Below, one piece after another: positions 20,458-28,952 of a stretch of 33,980 nt of DNA; within the stretch, counting starts at the first letter, position 1, and every line of letters starts with the position of its first letter. The notes below the pieces were generated by a model. It did no database searches and was not told where the DNA came from. It worked only from the letters and a program-made list of their open reading frames with translations. The DNA comes from a virus (taxonomy: Duplodnaviria; Heunggongvirae; Uroviricota; Caudoviricetes). The position numbers and the translations under genes are program-made. The stretch lies in the IMG/VR virus record IMGVR_UViG_2869970738_000009. One strand, 5' to 3'.

Positions 20458-21275
20458 AACTGGAAGATTTACCGAAATACTACTCCCCAAAATCCCCTAG
20501 CCTGACCGATGCATCGGCCTCAACGTCAAAAGATGCGCTGAGTATCACTGATGTGATGGCCGCGCAGGGCATGACACAGAATCGGGCTGAGATGGGGTTT
20601 TCTGCGTTCCTGGGGAAAATGGGCATCAGTATGAATGACAGGGCGCGGGCAACAGAATTACTGGCAGATTATGCACTCAGTCGGTGCGATCGTGTGGCGG
20701 CGTTGAGAAAACTTCCGGCAGAAATAAAACCGGTAGTGATGCGCATTATGGCTTCGTATGCGTTTGAAGATTATGCCCGTAGCGCGGCGAGCAAAAAACA
20801 GTGCCCCTGCTGTCACGGAAAAAAATTTATTGAAAGCGAGGTTTTTACAAACAAGATCCAGTATCCGGATGGTAAGCCACCAGTGTGGGCAAAGTGCACA
20901 AAAGGCGTGTATCCGTCTTACTGGGAAGAATGGAAAAAAGTCAGGGAGGTGGTAAAAGTTGCCTGTCCGGAGTGTGGCGGAAAGGGTGAGGTTTCCACCG
21001 CCTGTAAGGATTGCCGTGGGCGTGGTGTCGCCATTCATCGTGAAGAGTCGGTAAAACGTGGTATGCCTGTTATCAGAGACTGCCAGCGTTGTGGTGGTCG
21101 TGGCTGTGAAAGACTACCATCAACGGAGGCATTTAATGCCATATGCAAAGTGACGAGTGCTATCACGCTTGATACGTGGAAAAAATCAGTGAAACGCTTT
21201 TACGATACGTTGGTGGTTCGGTTTGACATTGAAGAGGCATGGGCGGAGCGGCAGTTAAAGAGGGTAACGCGATAG
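20454..21275 (+). CDS. late-gene antiterminator Q-like protein (QuuQ type) with four CxxC motifs
   Basis: Position immediately upstream of the PR'/tR'-like promoter and terminator; N-terminus MKLEDLPKYYSPKSPSLTDASAS resembles Q-like proteins as recalled. Confidence 0.55.
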   Translation: MKLEDLPKYYSPKSPSLTDASASTSKDALSITDVMAAQGMTQNRAEMGFSAFLGKMGISMNDRARATELLADYALSRCDRVAALRKLPAEIKPVVMRIMASYAFEDYARSAASKKQCPCCHGKKFIESEVFTNKIQYPDGKPPVWAKCTKGVYPSYWEEWKKVREVVKVACPECGGKGEVSTACKDCRGRGVAIHREESVKRGMPVIRDCQRCGGRGCERLPSTEAFNAICKVTSAITLDTWKKSVKRFYDTLVVRFDIEEAWAERQLKRVTR

Positions 21276-21280
21276 TGTTG

Positions 21281-21308
21281 TTGATTTTTCCCGAATCTGT
21301 GGTAAATT
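21281..21308 (+). promoter_or_regulatory. putative late promoter PR' (-35 TTGATT, -10 TAAATT)
   Basis: Sigma70-like hexamers with 16-bp spacer directly after the Q stop codon. Confidence 0.4.
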
Positions 21309-21357
21309 TGCTCTAATGATGGGCGTTTTATGCCTGACGTTAGAAGATTTTTTACAC

Positions 21358-21379
21358 CCCGCCGCCTGGCGGGTTTTTT
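21358..21379 (+). terminator. rho-independent terminator (tR'-like)
   Basis: Stem CCCGCC/GGCGGG with loop GCCT followed by TTTTTT, about 55 nt downstream of the putative PR'. Confidence 0.6.
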
Positions 21380-21501
21380 ATGACTGAAATCGCGTCAGTA
21401 CAGTAAACGCGCTGGTGGCGGTGAATACCTGTCTTTCAGCTTGCTGGCTTTTTCGACAAGAGTTATTGGTGTGTCACGTTAACCGGAAAAGGGAAAAAGA
21501 C

Positions 21502-21699
21502 ATGCTAAAACAGCAGGATATGACAGAAACCGCCAGAGTGGTGTTTAATGAATTAAGCGTTACCGAACCGGCGACAGTCGGGGAGATAGCGCAGAATACT
21601 TACCTTTCACGCGAACGCTGCCAGTTAATACTGACCCAGCTGGTTATGGCGGGTCTGGCAGACTATCAGTTCGGTTGTTACAGACGCCTTCCGCAGTGA
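21502..21699 (+). CDS. hypothetical small protein (66 aa)
   Basis: ORF from ATG 21502; weak Shine-Dalgarno. Confidence 0.35.
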   Translation: MLKQQDMTETARVVFNELSVTEPATVGEIAQNTYLSRERCQLILTQLVMAGLADYQFGCYRRLPQ

Positions 21700-21849
21700 A
21701 GGCTTTTTTATTTGTGGTAAATGGGCGGCTGGTGGGTGTTAGGGGCACCCACCAGCCATCTGCTCATGCGTTGGGTTCACAAGCAAACCTCAGGCCCACT
21801 GCTTTGCGCAAAAGCAGAATGAGCCTATCAGAGACAGGCTTAATGATCC

Positions 21850-22899
21850 ATGCTTAATACTGTGAAAATATCCAGTTGTGAGTTAATCAACGCCGACTGC
21901 CTGGAATTTATCCGGTCGTTACCCGAAAATTCTGTTGACCTGATAGTCACGGACCCGCCGTACTTTAAAGTGAAGCCTGAGGGCTGGGATAACCAGTGGA
22001 AGGGCGACGATGATTACCTGAAGTGGCTGGACCAGTGTCTGGCGCAGTTCTGGCGGGTGCTGAAACCTGCCGGAAGTCTTTACCTGTTCTGTGGTCATCG
22101 CCTGGCATCTGATATCGAAATCATGATGCGTGAACGCTTCAGTGTGCTGAACCATATTATCTGGGCGAAGCCTTCCGGACGCTGGAACGGGTGCAACAAG
22201 GAAAGCCTGCGGGCGTATTTCCCCGCCACAGAGCGCATTCTGTTCGCGGAACATTATCAGGGGCCGTATCGTCCGAAAGATGCCGGGTATGAGGCGAAGG
22301 GCAGGGCACTGAAACAGCATGTGATGGCCCCGCTGATTTCTTACTTTCGTGATGCATGCGCGGCCCTGGGGATAACGGCAAAACAGATTGCAGATGCCAC
22401 AGGAAAGAAAAACATGGTGTCGCACTGGTTCAGTGCCAGTCAGTGGCAGTTGCCGAACGAAAGCGATTATCTGAAATTACAGGCACTGTTTGCCAGGGTG
22501 GCAGAAGAGAAGCATCAGCGGGGGGAACTGGAAAAGCCCCACCACCAGCTGGTGGATACGTATACTTCACTGAACCGACAGTATGCGGAGCTGCAGAGTG
22601 AATATAAACATCTGCGGCGGTATTTTGGTGTGACGGCGCAGGTGCCGTACACGGATGTGTGGACACATAAACCGGTGCAGTTCTATCCCGGGAAACATCC
22701 GTGCGAAAAACCGGCAGAAATGCTGCAGCAGATAATCAGCGCAAGTAGTCGTCCTGGTGATCTGGTTGCGGATTTTTTCATGGGGTCGGGTTCAACGGTA
22801 AAAGCGGCACTGGCGCTCGGGCGTCGTGCGATTGGCGTTGAACTGGAGACAGGACGTTTTGAGCAGACAGTCAGGGAAGTTCAGGATTTAATCGTTTGA
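21850..22899 (+). CDS. orphan DNA methyltransferase (beta-class amino-methyltransferase, N6-adenine or N4-cytosine)
   Basis: Motif IV DPPY (LIVTDPPYF) precedes motif I FxGSGST (FFMGSGSTV) near the C-terminus; no adjacent restriction enzyme gene. Confidence 0.8.
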   Translation: MLNTVKISSCELINADCLEFIRSLPENSVDLIVTDPPYFKVKPEGWDNQWKGDDDYLKWLDQCLAQFWRVLKPAGSLYLFCGHRLASDIEIMMRERFSVLNHIIWAKPSGRWNGCNKESLRAYFPATERILFAEHYQGPYRPKDAGYEAKGRALKQHVMAPLISYFRDACAALGITAKQIADATGKKNMVSHWFSASQWQLPNESDYLKLQALFARVAEEKHQRGELEKPHHQLVDTYTSLNRQYAELQSEYKHLRRYFGVTAQVPYTDVWTHKPVQFYPGKHPCEKPAEMLQQIISASSRPGDLVADFFMGSGSTVKAALALGRRAIGVELETGRFEQTVREVQDLIV

Positions 22900-22948
22900 A
22901 ACGGATGAGATTGCAGAATTAATTACGCACCATTATTATTCTGCTCCC

Positions 22949-23021
22949 GGCCCTTTAGCTCAGTGGTGAGAGCGAGCGACTCATAATCGCCAGGTCGCTG
23001 GTTCAAATCCAGCAAGGGCCA
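22949..23021 (+). tRNA. ileZ: tRNA with CAU anticodon, ileX/ileZ-like (tRNA-Ile2; Met not excluded)
   Basis: Cloverleaf GGCCCTT-TA-GCTC...GAGC; anticodon loop CTCATAA; T arm GCTGG-TTCAAAT-CCAGC; acceptor closes AAGGGCC; CCA not encoded. Confidence 0.75.
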
Positions 23022-23031
23022 CTATCACATA

Positions 23032-23105
23032 CCGCCATTAGCTCATCAGGAAAGAGCGCCAGCCTTCGAAGCTGGTTGCGCGGAGTTCGGGTCCCCGAAG
23101 GCGGT
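23032..23105 (+). tRNA. tRNA-Arg-like (anticodon UCG), noncanonical T loop; may be degenerate
   Basis: Anticodon arm CCAGC-CTTCGAA-GCTGG is clean; T loop TTCGGGT and one mismatch each in the T and acceptor stems. Confidence 0.45.
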
Positions 23106-23121
23106 TCATTATCTGTATCCT

Positions 23122-23198
23122 GCGTTGTTAGCTCAGCCGGACAGAGCAATTGCCTTCTAAGCAATCGGTCACTGGTTCGAATACAGTAGAACGCGCCA
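23122..23198 (+). tRNA. tRNA-Arg (anticodon UCU), CCA encoded
   Basis: GCGTTGT-TA-GCTC...; anticodon loop CTTCTAA; T loop TTCGAAT; acceptor and T stems have one mismatch each. Confidence 0.65.
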
Positions 23199-23212
23199 CA
23201 CTTATTTTCCCT

Positions 23213-23237
23213 GGCTCGCTTTTGCGGGCTTTTTTTT
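23213..23237 (+). terminator. rho-independent terminator after the tRNA cluster
   Basis: Stem GGCTCGC/GCGGGCT (two G-U pairs), loop TTTT, then T7 run. Confidence 0.55.
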
Positions 23238-23365
23238 AAATGTCTCACAATTCAGGCGGTTGACTGTTGTCTGGTTTGCGGGGAGTTTGTTAAAAGAAAC
23301 TGGCATGGTGAATCCCCCTGTGCGGAGGGGCAATCAGCGAGTAGGTATATGGGATAATCGCAGAT

Positions 23366-23463
23366 TCAGGTGCTGGTACTGAATTCACCGGGAGGCACCC
23401 GGCACCATGCAATGGCACATAGCGCCACTCTCCAGCCCCTCTCCGGAGGGGCTGTTTATATTG
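23366..23463 (+). ncRNA. putative small structured RNA (about 100 nt) ending in a strong intrinsic terminator
   Basis: Extended -10 TGGGATAAT at 23350-23358; hairpins at 23389-23403 and 23433-23454 (9-bp GC stem) followed by a U-rich tract. Confidence 0.2.
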
Positions 23464-23488
23464 ATTTTGTCAGATGTGAGTAAACTCC

Positions 23489-23824
23489 TTATGGACTTTG
23501 TTGTTTTAGCCCATAAGGACATATTTGCAGAGTGCAACGGTTATTAAAGCATTCATTCAATACGTTATCTGTATTTGTAGGGCATTCCTGGCTGTTTTTG
23601 ATTAAATTCCAGAATGTTTTATTGAATGGTACTACGTTGTAAATGGTTACAGGTAGCACTTTGTTATTGAGCATGATGCCTGTGTGAGTCAGTGTAAATA
23701 TACTTTCAGGAGGTAAGAAAGCATCCGATTGATACCAGATTATTAATTTTATTTTACTCCATATGACTGAAAAAGATATTCCGCATGATGGCTGGATAAC
23801 TGTATCAATCACAATCCACTTCAT
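23489..23824 (-). CDS. hypothetical 111-aa protein in an AT-rich cargo segment at the position where Stx phages carry stxAB
   Basis: ORF of 111 codons from ATG 23822-23824 with AAGGA Shine-Dalgarno; open frame of this length in AT-rich DNA is unlikely by chance; no recognised motif. Confidence 0.4.
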   Translation of the reverse strand: MKWIVIDTVIQPSCGISFSVIWSKIKLIIWYQSDAFLPPESIFTLTHTGIMLNNKVLPVTIYNVVPFNKTFWNLIKNSQECPTNTDNVLNECFNNRCTLQICPYGLKQQSP

Positions 23825-24069
23825 TTGGTTTCCTTGTTTATGCATTGCTGGTGATGTTCTGAAAAGTATAAATGATATTTTTGAATGTAAACCATAGAGC
23901 AGAATTATTTTTCTGATGTTGTTTATTGTTTATTTAAATGCAGGGTGGTTTATATCTCGTCTTGTAGTTTATCCATGCATATCTGCTTGATGATGAGGTT
24001 TTTATTTAAGGTATGGTTTTGTGTTTTTTCTGTATTACATGTCAGGTATTTTAAAGAATCATTTTTCAG

Positions 24070-25950
24070 ATGGTGGAAAGAACCATGGCATTTAAACACT
24101 ATGATGTTGTCAGGGCGGCGTCGCCGTCAGATCTTGCGGAAAAGCTGACACATAAACTGAAAGAGGGCTGGCAGCCGTTTGGTAGTCCGGTGGCCATAAC
24201 CCCTTATACTCTGATGCAGGCGATTGCAGCAGAAGGTGCAGTAATCAGCGCCACCAGCAACCCGGAGTATTACTTTGTTGTGGTTCTGGCAGGGCAGTCA
24301 AACGGCATGTCGTATGGTGAAGGCCTTCCGCTGCCGGGGACATATGACCGTCCGGACCCGCGTATTAAGCAACTGGCGCGTCGCAGTACGGTGACACCGG
24401 GCGGTGCAGCATGCAAATATAACGACATCATTCCGGCGGACCATTGTCTGCATGATGTGCAGGACATGAGCCGTCTTAACCATCCGAAAGCGGACCTGTC
24501 AAAGGGGCAGTACGGAACCGTGGGGCAGGGGCTGCATATCGCCAAAAAACTGCTGCCGTTTATACCGGCGAATGCGGGCATTCTGCTGGTTCCGTGCTGT
24601 CGTGGTGGTTCAGCGTTCACCACCGGAGCTGATGGCACATACAGTGACGCGAGTGGTGCCTCGGAGAATTCAACCCGCTGGGGTGTGGACAAGCCGCTGT
24701 ATAAGGACCTTATCGGTCGAACAAAAGCGGCACTGGAGAAGAACCCGAAAAATGTGCTGTTTGCCGTGGTGTGGATGCAGGGGGAATTTGATTTTGGCGG
24801 TACGCCGGCAAATCATGCCGCACAGTTTGGTGCGCTGGTTGATAAATTCCGTGCAGACCTGGCGGATATGGCAGGCCAGTGCGTCGGTGGCTCTGCTGGC
24901 GGTGTTCCCTGGATATGCGGGGACACGACGTATTTCTGGAAGCAGAAGAACGAATCCACGTACCAGACGGTGTACGGCAGCTATAAAAATAAAACGGAAA
25001 AGAATATCCATTTCGTACCGTTCATGACCGATGAGAACGGGGTGAATGTGCCGACGAACAAACCGGAAGAAGACCCGGACATTCCGGGTATCGGTTATTA
25101 CGGTTCGAAATGGCGTGACAGCTCAGCCACCTGGACGTCACAGGACAGGGCGAGCCATTTCAGTTCATGGGCTCGCCGTGGGATTATTTCCGACCGTCTG
25201 GCAACGGCGATTCTGAGCTGCGCGGGTAAGTCTTCTGCGTTTGTTAATGGTACTGCCGGGGTGGTTGTTCCAGACAGGCCGGTTACCACCTCAGAGTCTG
25301 TAATTTTTTACGATGCCAAAAAAGCTACAGACAATCAGCTGAAACCTTATGGCTGGGACGGTATGTATGGCAGACGCACACTGGTTGATGACAGCGGCAA
25401 TAAAGCTCTGCGAATTGAGAAAAATAACAGCGCGAAATCCTGGTCAATGTACTGTGATATTGCTGCAGACAAGGCAAAACTTTTACTGGAAAAAGGCGGG
25501 GAAATTGCTGTCCGGTTTAAAATCCCCGAAAACGTCAATCTTGAGACAACCAGAAACAAGTATGCCTTTGGTTTGTACTGGCGAATAGCGGAATGGCCGG
25601 GTGAGGGTGGTGAAGGCCATCTGAGTTCTTTCTTTGTCCAGACAGATAAAGCCAGTATTAATATTGCATACCATCATACAGTTAATCAACAAAAAGAACT
25701 TGGCACGTTTGGCGCATTCGACCATGACTGGCATACGCTTGCATTTAAATTTAAGGGCAGTAACAGCATTAATGTTACTCCGGTGCTTGATGGTGTGGAT
25801 GGACAGGCGTTTGACCTGGTGAAATGGGCCAATACTGCTAATGGACTCAACAGGTTTGTCATTACGGATATTACAGGTAGTGCAGAAACCTACCCTGTAC
25901 TTATTGATACGGTGGAAGTTAAAGCAAACAAAGCTGGAGCAGCCGCATAA
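24070..25950 (+). CDS. nanS: NanS-type sialate O-acetylesterase (phage nanS-p-like; DUF1737 N-domain plus SASA/SGNH esterase domain)
   Basis: GQSN esterase motif (VVLAGQSNGMSYGEG); N-terminus MAFKHYDVVRAASPSDLAEKL typical of DUF1737; start is either ATG 24070 or ATG 24085. Confidence 0.75.
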   Translation: MVERTMAFKHYDVVRAASPSDLAEKLTHKLKEGWQPFGSPVAITPYTLMQAIAAEGAVISATSNPEYYFVVVLAGQSNGMSYGEGLPLPGTYDRPDPRIKQLARRSTVTPGGAACKYNDIIPADHCLHDVQDMSRLNHPKADLSKGQYGTVGQGLHIAKKLLPFIPANAGILLVPCCRGGSAFTTGADGTYSDASGASENSTRWGVDKPLYKDLIGRTKAALEKNPKNVLFAVVWMQGEFDFGGTPANHAAQFGALVDKFRADLADMAGQCVGGSAGGVPWICGDTTYFWKQKNESTYQTVYGSYKNKTEKNIHFVPFMTDENGVNVPTNKPEEDPDIPGIGYYGSKWRDSSATWTSQDRASHFSSWARRGIISDRLATAILSCAGKSSAFVNGTAGVVVPDRPVTTSESVIFYDAKKATDNQLKPYGWDGMYGRRTLVDDSGNKALRIEKNNSAKSWSMYCDIAADKAKLLLEKGGEIAVRFKIPENVNLETTRNKYAFGLYWRIAEWPGEGGEGHLSSFFVQTDKASINIAYHHTVNQQKELGTFGAFDHDWHTLAFKFKGSNSINVTPVLDGVDGQAFDLVKWANTANGLNRFVITDITGSAETYPVLIDTVEVKANKAGAAA

Positions 25951-26088
25951 TTGCTAAAAAAAGCCGCCAGCGGCAGGAATGGAAGCTGGCGGAGGTAATC
26001 CCAATGGAGAATGTAAAGAAAAGATGCTTTCGTACATTGGTTTTTAAATGAAAACAATTCTCATTGTCAACCATAACGGTAAGAAATT

Positions 26089-26271
26089 ATGACATTTATT
26101 CATCAGGTGATGCTGTACTTCTGTACGGCGGTCTGTGTGCTGTATCTTCTTTCGGGTGGGTACAGGGCTGTGCGCGATTTCTGGTGCAGGCAGATTGATA
26201 AAAGGGCCGCTGAGAAAATCAGCGCCAGTCAGTCAGCCGGAAGCAAACCCGAAGAACCCGTTACTCCTTAA
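26089..26271 (+). CDS. hypothetical small membrane protein (60 aa)
   Basis: ORF with hydrophobic N-terminal half; weak Shine-Dalgarno. Confidence 0.25.
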   Translation: MTFIHQVMLYFCTAVCVLYLLSGGYRAVRDFWCRQIDKRAAEKISASQSAGSKPEEPVTP

Positions 26272-26293
26272 CAACCCCTTTCAGCGAGAAAAT

Positions 26294-26524
26294 CCCATGT
26301 CAGAAATCACATCCCTGGTCACTGCAGAGGCAGTGAAGGAAGTCCGGAGCGCACTGAAACAGAAACTTCGCCAGAATCTTGAGTCGCGTCTTGATGCAGA
26401 AGTGGATGCCATTCTGGATGAGCTGCTGGGCGTAGCAGCGGTTCCTGAGCCGGAAGGTATCGCGGGTGACGGGAGTGCTTCAGATGGCGGTGAACCTACA
26501 CCTGACAGCGACATGATGATGTAA
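26294..26524 (+). CDS. hypothetical acidic protein (76 aa)
   Basis: ORF from internal ATG of the 129-codon track ORF; moderate Shine-Dalgarno. Confidence 0.35.
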   Translation, partial: PMSEITSLVTAEAVKEVRSALKQKLRQNLESRLDAEVDAILDELLGVAAVPEPEGIAGDGSASDGGEPTPDSDMMM

Positions 26525-26600
26525 GCATGCGCAAGGGACCATCGGTGTGTGCCGGTGGTCTTTATATTGTTGTGAGCTTCCGGATTGCGGGAGACGGGGT

Positions 26601-26816
26601 ATGTACCAGATGGAAAAAATCACAACAGGTGTGTCATACACCACGTCAGCGGTGGGAACGGGCTACTGGTTCCTGCAGTTGCTGGACAGGGTTTCCCCGT
26701 CTCAGTGGGCGGCAATAGGCGTGCTGGGGAGTCTGTTGTTTGGGCTGCTGACATATCTGACTAACCTGTATTTCAAAATCAGAGAGGACCGTCGTAAGGC
26801 GGCGCGGGGAGAGTAA
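26601..26816 (+). CDS. S: class II holin, phage 21 S-like (pinholin), dual-start motif MYQM
   Basis: [68 protein letters not shown] matches S21-type holins as recalled. Confidence 0.75.
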   Translation: MYQMEKITTGVSYTTSAVGTGYWFLQLLDRVSPSQWAAIGVLGSLLFGLLTYLTNLYFKIREDRRKAARGE

Positions 26817-26820
26817 AGCG

Positions 26821-27165
26821 ATGAAGAAAAAATACGAACTGGTTGTTAAAGGGATAAATAATTACCCGAATAAGATTACTGTTACTGTGGCACTGGAAAT
26901 TGGTGGGTATCCGTCACTGTTGTTGCCAGATGTGGCGATTAGTCTTGACCGTACTGAAGATGCCACGCTGGAGTTTTACGAAGCTGAGGCGAAAAAGCAG
27001 GCGAAGCAGTTTTTCATGGATGTTGCTGCCGGGTTATGTGAAGGGGATGGTCCGTTGCCGGAAAAGCGCCCCGTAATTTTAGAGGCGCAGGATGTGTTGA
27101 TAACCTACAGAGGAAAACTACCGGGAATAATTACGGGTTCTCTGAAGACTCCACCGCTGGCCTGA
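26821..27165 (+). CDS. YdfR-like (DUF1327-type) protein between holin and endolysin
   Basis: 114-aa hydrophilic ORF; family assignment from memory of the K-12 Qin prophage gene order. Confidence 0.45.
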   Translation: MKKKYELVVKGINNYPNKITVTVALEIGGYPSLLLPDVAISLDRTEDATLEFYEAEAKKQAKQFFMDVAAGLCEGDGPLPEKRPVILEAQDVLITYRGKLPGIITGSLKTPPLA

Positions 27166-27215
27166 AGACTTAACATATCCAGGGATTTGAAATCGATAAA
27201 CCCTGATAAATATCC

Positions 27216-27749
27216 ATGAACACCAAAATCAAATACGGCCTGTCGGCTGCCGTTCTGGCGCTGATTGCCGCAGGTGCGCCTGCGCCTGAAATCCTCGACC
27301 AGTTTCTGGATGAAAAGGAAGGTAACCACACCACGGCATACCGTGATGGCGCGGGTATCTGGACCATCTGCCGCGGTGCCATCCTGGTGGATAGTAAACC
27401 TGTCGTCCCGGGCATGAAGTTGTCGAAGGAAAAATGCGACCAGGTCAACGCCATTGAGCGTGATAAGGCGCTGGCATGGGTGGAGCGCAATATTAAAGTG
27501 CCGCTGACCGAACCCCAGAAAGCGGGTATCGCGTCATTTTGTCCCTATAACATTGGCCCCGGTAAGTGTTTCCCGTCGACGTTTTACAGACGGATTAATG
27601 CTGGTGACCGCAGGGGAGCATGCGAAGCGATTCGCTGGTGGATTAAGGACGGTGGCAGAGACTGCCGTATCCGCTCAAATAATTGCTACGGTCAGGTATC
27701 CCGGCGAGACCAGGAAAGTGCGCTGGCGTGCTGGGACATCGACAGATAA
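27216..27749 (+). CDS. R: SAR endolysin (T4-type lysozyme fold with N-terminal signal-anchor-release domain)
   Basis: Gly/Ala-rich weakly hydrophobic N-terminus followed by the catalytic E-D-T triad region (EKEGNHTTAYRDGAGIWTICRG). Confidence 0.8.
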   Translation: MNTKIKYGLSAAVLALIAAGAPAPEILDQFLDEKEGNHTTAYRDGAGIWTICRGAILVDSKPVVPGMKLSKEKCDQVNAIERDKALAWVERNIKVPLTEPQKAGIASFCPYNIGPGKCFPSTFYRRINAGDRRGACEAIRWWIKDGGRDCRIRSNNCYGQVSRRDQESALACWDIDR

Positions 27750-27904
27750 GCAGAATATTTTGCTGAAAAATAAGGCATGAGCACGCGGACGGATAACACG
27801 AAATCCTGCGAACTGGCGAAACGTAAGTGAATAAAAGTAAAAACCCCGTTTGTTGGCACCAAGCGGGGTTTTGTGTTTCTGACCTTGAGTAAGGCAAGGG
27901 AGAA

Positions 27905-28088
27905 CATGGCGAAGTATAAACGAATTCTGTTGAGGTTGACCATGAAAAACGGCCTTGAACTGAAAGCGCCTGTAACTGATGACATCAGCAGAGCACTGGC
28001 TTTTGCCATTAAGTGGATGGCGGTCGGTGTTGCTGTGTCCCCGATGCTGTATGGGCTGGCAAAACTGGTCATTGCGTTGAAATCGTGA
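27905..28088 (+). CDS. hypothetical 60-aa protein with C-terminal transmembrane helix
   Basis: ATG 27905 with GGGAGA upstream; C-terminal [22 protein letters not shown]. Confidence 0.35.
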
Positions 28089-28102
28089 AGGGAGGATTAA
28101 GC

Positions 28103-28234
28103 ATGTCAGACAAACTCATAACGCTGGCGAAGATCCTCTGTGTAATTGTCGGCATTTCATTTTCACTAATGCTGGTTGCTCTTTTTCTTTCCATGGCCTG
28201 GATGATGTTGTCTTCGTCGGGGCTGCTGGGGTGA
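28103..28234 (+). CDS. hypothetical 43-aa membrane peptide
   Basis: Strong GGGAGG Shine-Dalgarno; sequence almost entirely hydrophobic; stop overlaps the Rz start (GTGA). Confidence 0.4.
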   Translation: MSDKLITLAKILCVIVGISFSLMLVALFLSMAWMMLSSSGLLG

Positions 28235-28704
28235 ACATAAACCGAATGCTTTCCGCGTTTACCGTTATTCTGCTGGTGGTCTGTGGTGCGCTGTGGCTGG
28301 CAACAGACCATTACCGTGATAACGCCATCACCTACAAAGCGCAGCGCGATAAAAAAGCCAGAGAGCTGGAGCTGGCAAACGCAACCATTACTGACATGCA
28401 GCAGCGCCAGCGTGATGTTGCTGCGCTTGATGCCAGATACTCAAGGGAATTAGCCGATGCGAGAGCTGAAAATGAAACTCTGCGTGCTGATGTTGCCGCT
28501 GGTCGTAAGCGCCTGCGGATCAACGCCACCTGCTCCGGTACCGTGCGTGAAGCCACCGGCACCTCCGGAATGGATAATGCAACCGGCCCCCGACTGGCAG
28601 ACACCGCTGAACGGGATTATTTCACCCTCAGAGAGCGGTTGATGACAATGCAGAAGCAACTGGAAGGGGCGCAGGAATATATCCGCACTCAGTGTATTAA
28701 CTAG
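28231..28704 (+). CDS. Rz: Rz i-spanin
   Basis: N-terminal transmembrane helix then coiled-coil periplasmic domain; contains the embedded +1-frame Rz1. Confidence 0.7.
   Translation: MNINRMLSAFTVILLVVCGALWLATDHYRDNAITYKAQRDKKARELELANATITDMQQRQRDVAALDARYSRELADARAENETLRADVAAGRKRLRINATCSGTVREATGTSGMDNATGPRLADTAERDYFTLRERLMTMQKQLEGAQEYIRTQCIN
28472..28642 (+). CDS. Rz1: Rz1 o-spanin lipoprotein, embedded in Rz
   Basis: [24 protein letters not shown]...; lipobox VSAC, Pro-rich mature region. Confidence 0.65.
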   Translation: MKLCVLMLPLVVSACGSTPPAPVPCVKPPAPPEWIMQPAPDWQTPLNGIISPSESG

Positions 28705-28727
28705 TATTTTTGTTATCCGGAGAATGC

Positions 28728-28952
28728 ATGAAGAAATTACTGGTAACCGTAAAGCCTTTTCAGGGAACAATTCCGTTCCGTATTTTGCAGCGTGGTCGTG
28801 TTCTTGTTGAAGGTTCGTTCAGTGGTAAATGTACGCAATTACACTCCCGGACCTTTCAGGTGAATGCCACGAATGAAGAGCTAACCGTTGAGTGTACGAT
28901 GAATGCCGCTAAATGCCGCATGGTATCCGCTGCATTACAGCCAGTGTGTTGA
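28728..28952 (+). CDS. hypothetical 74-aa protein in the bor position
   Basis: GGAGA Shine-Dalgarno; five Cys; no signal peptide recognised. Confidence 0.4.
   Translation: MKKLLVTVKPFQGTIPFRILQRGRVLVEGSFSGKCTQLHSRTFQVNATNEELTVECTMNAAKCRMVSAALQPVC

Noticed and set aside
23407-23559. 50-codon plus-strand ORF starting at ATG 23407
   Set aside because: The frame runs straight through the strong terminator hairpin at 23433-23463 and has a distant Shine-Dalgarno; the region is more consistent with a structured RNA or terminator.
23240-24084. Shiga toxin genes stxA and stxB between the tRNAs and nanS
   Set aside because: No plus-strand ORFs of the expected sizes (about 315 and 89 codons) are present; the interval is only about 850 bp and its only substantial ORF is on the opposite strand.
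24270-25027. ORFs overlapping nanS on both strands (140, 151 and 113 codons)
   Set aside because: Embedded in a gene with a clear SGNH/SASA esterase motif; GC-rich coding sequence commonly yields open alternative frames.
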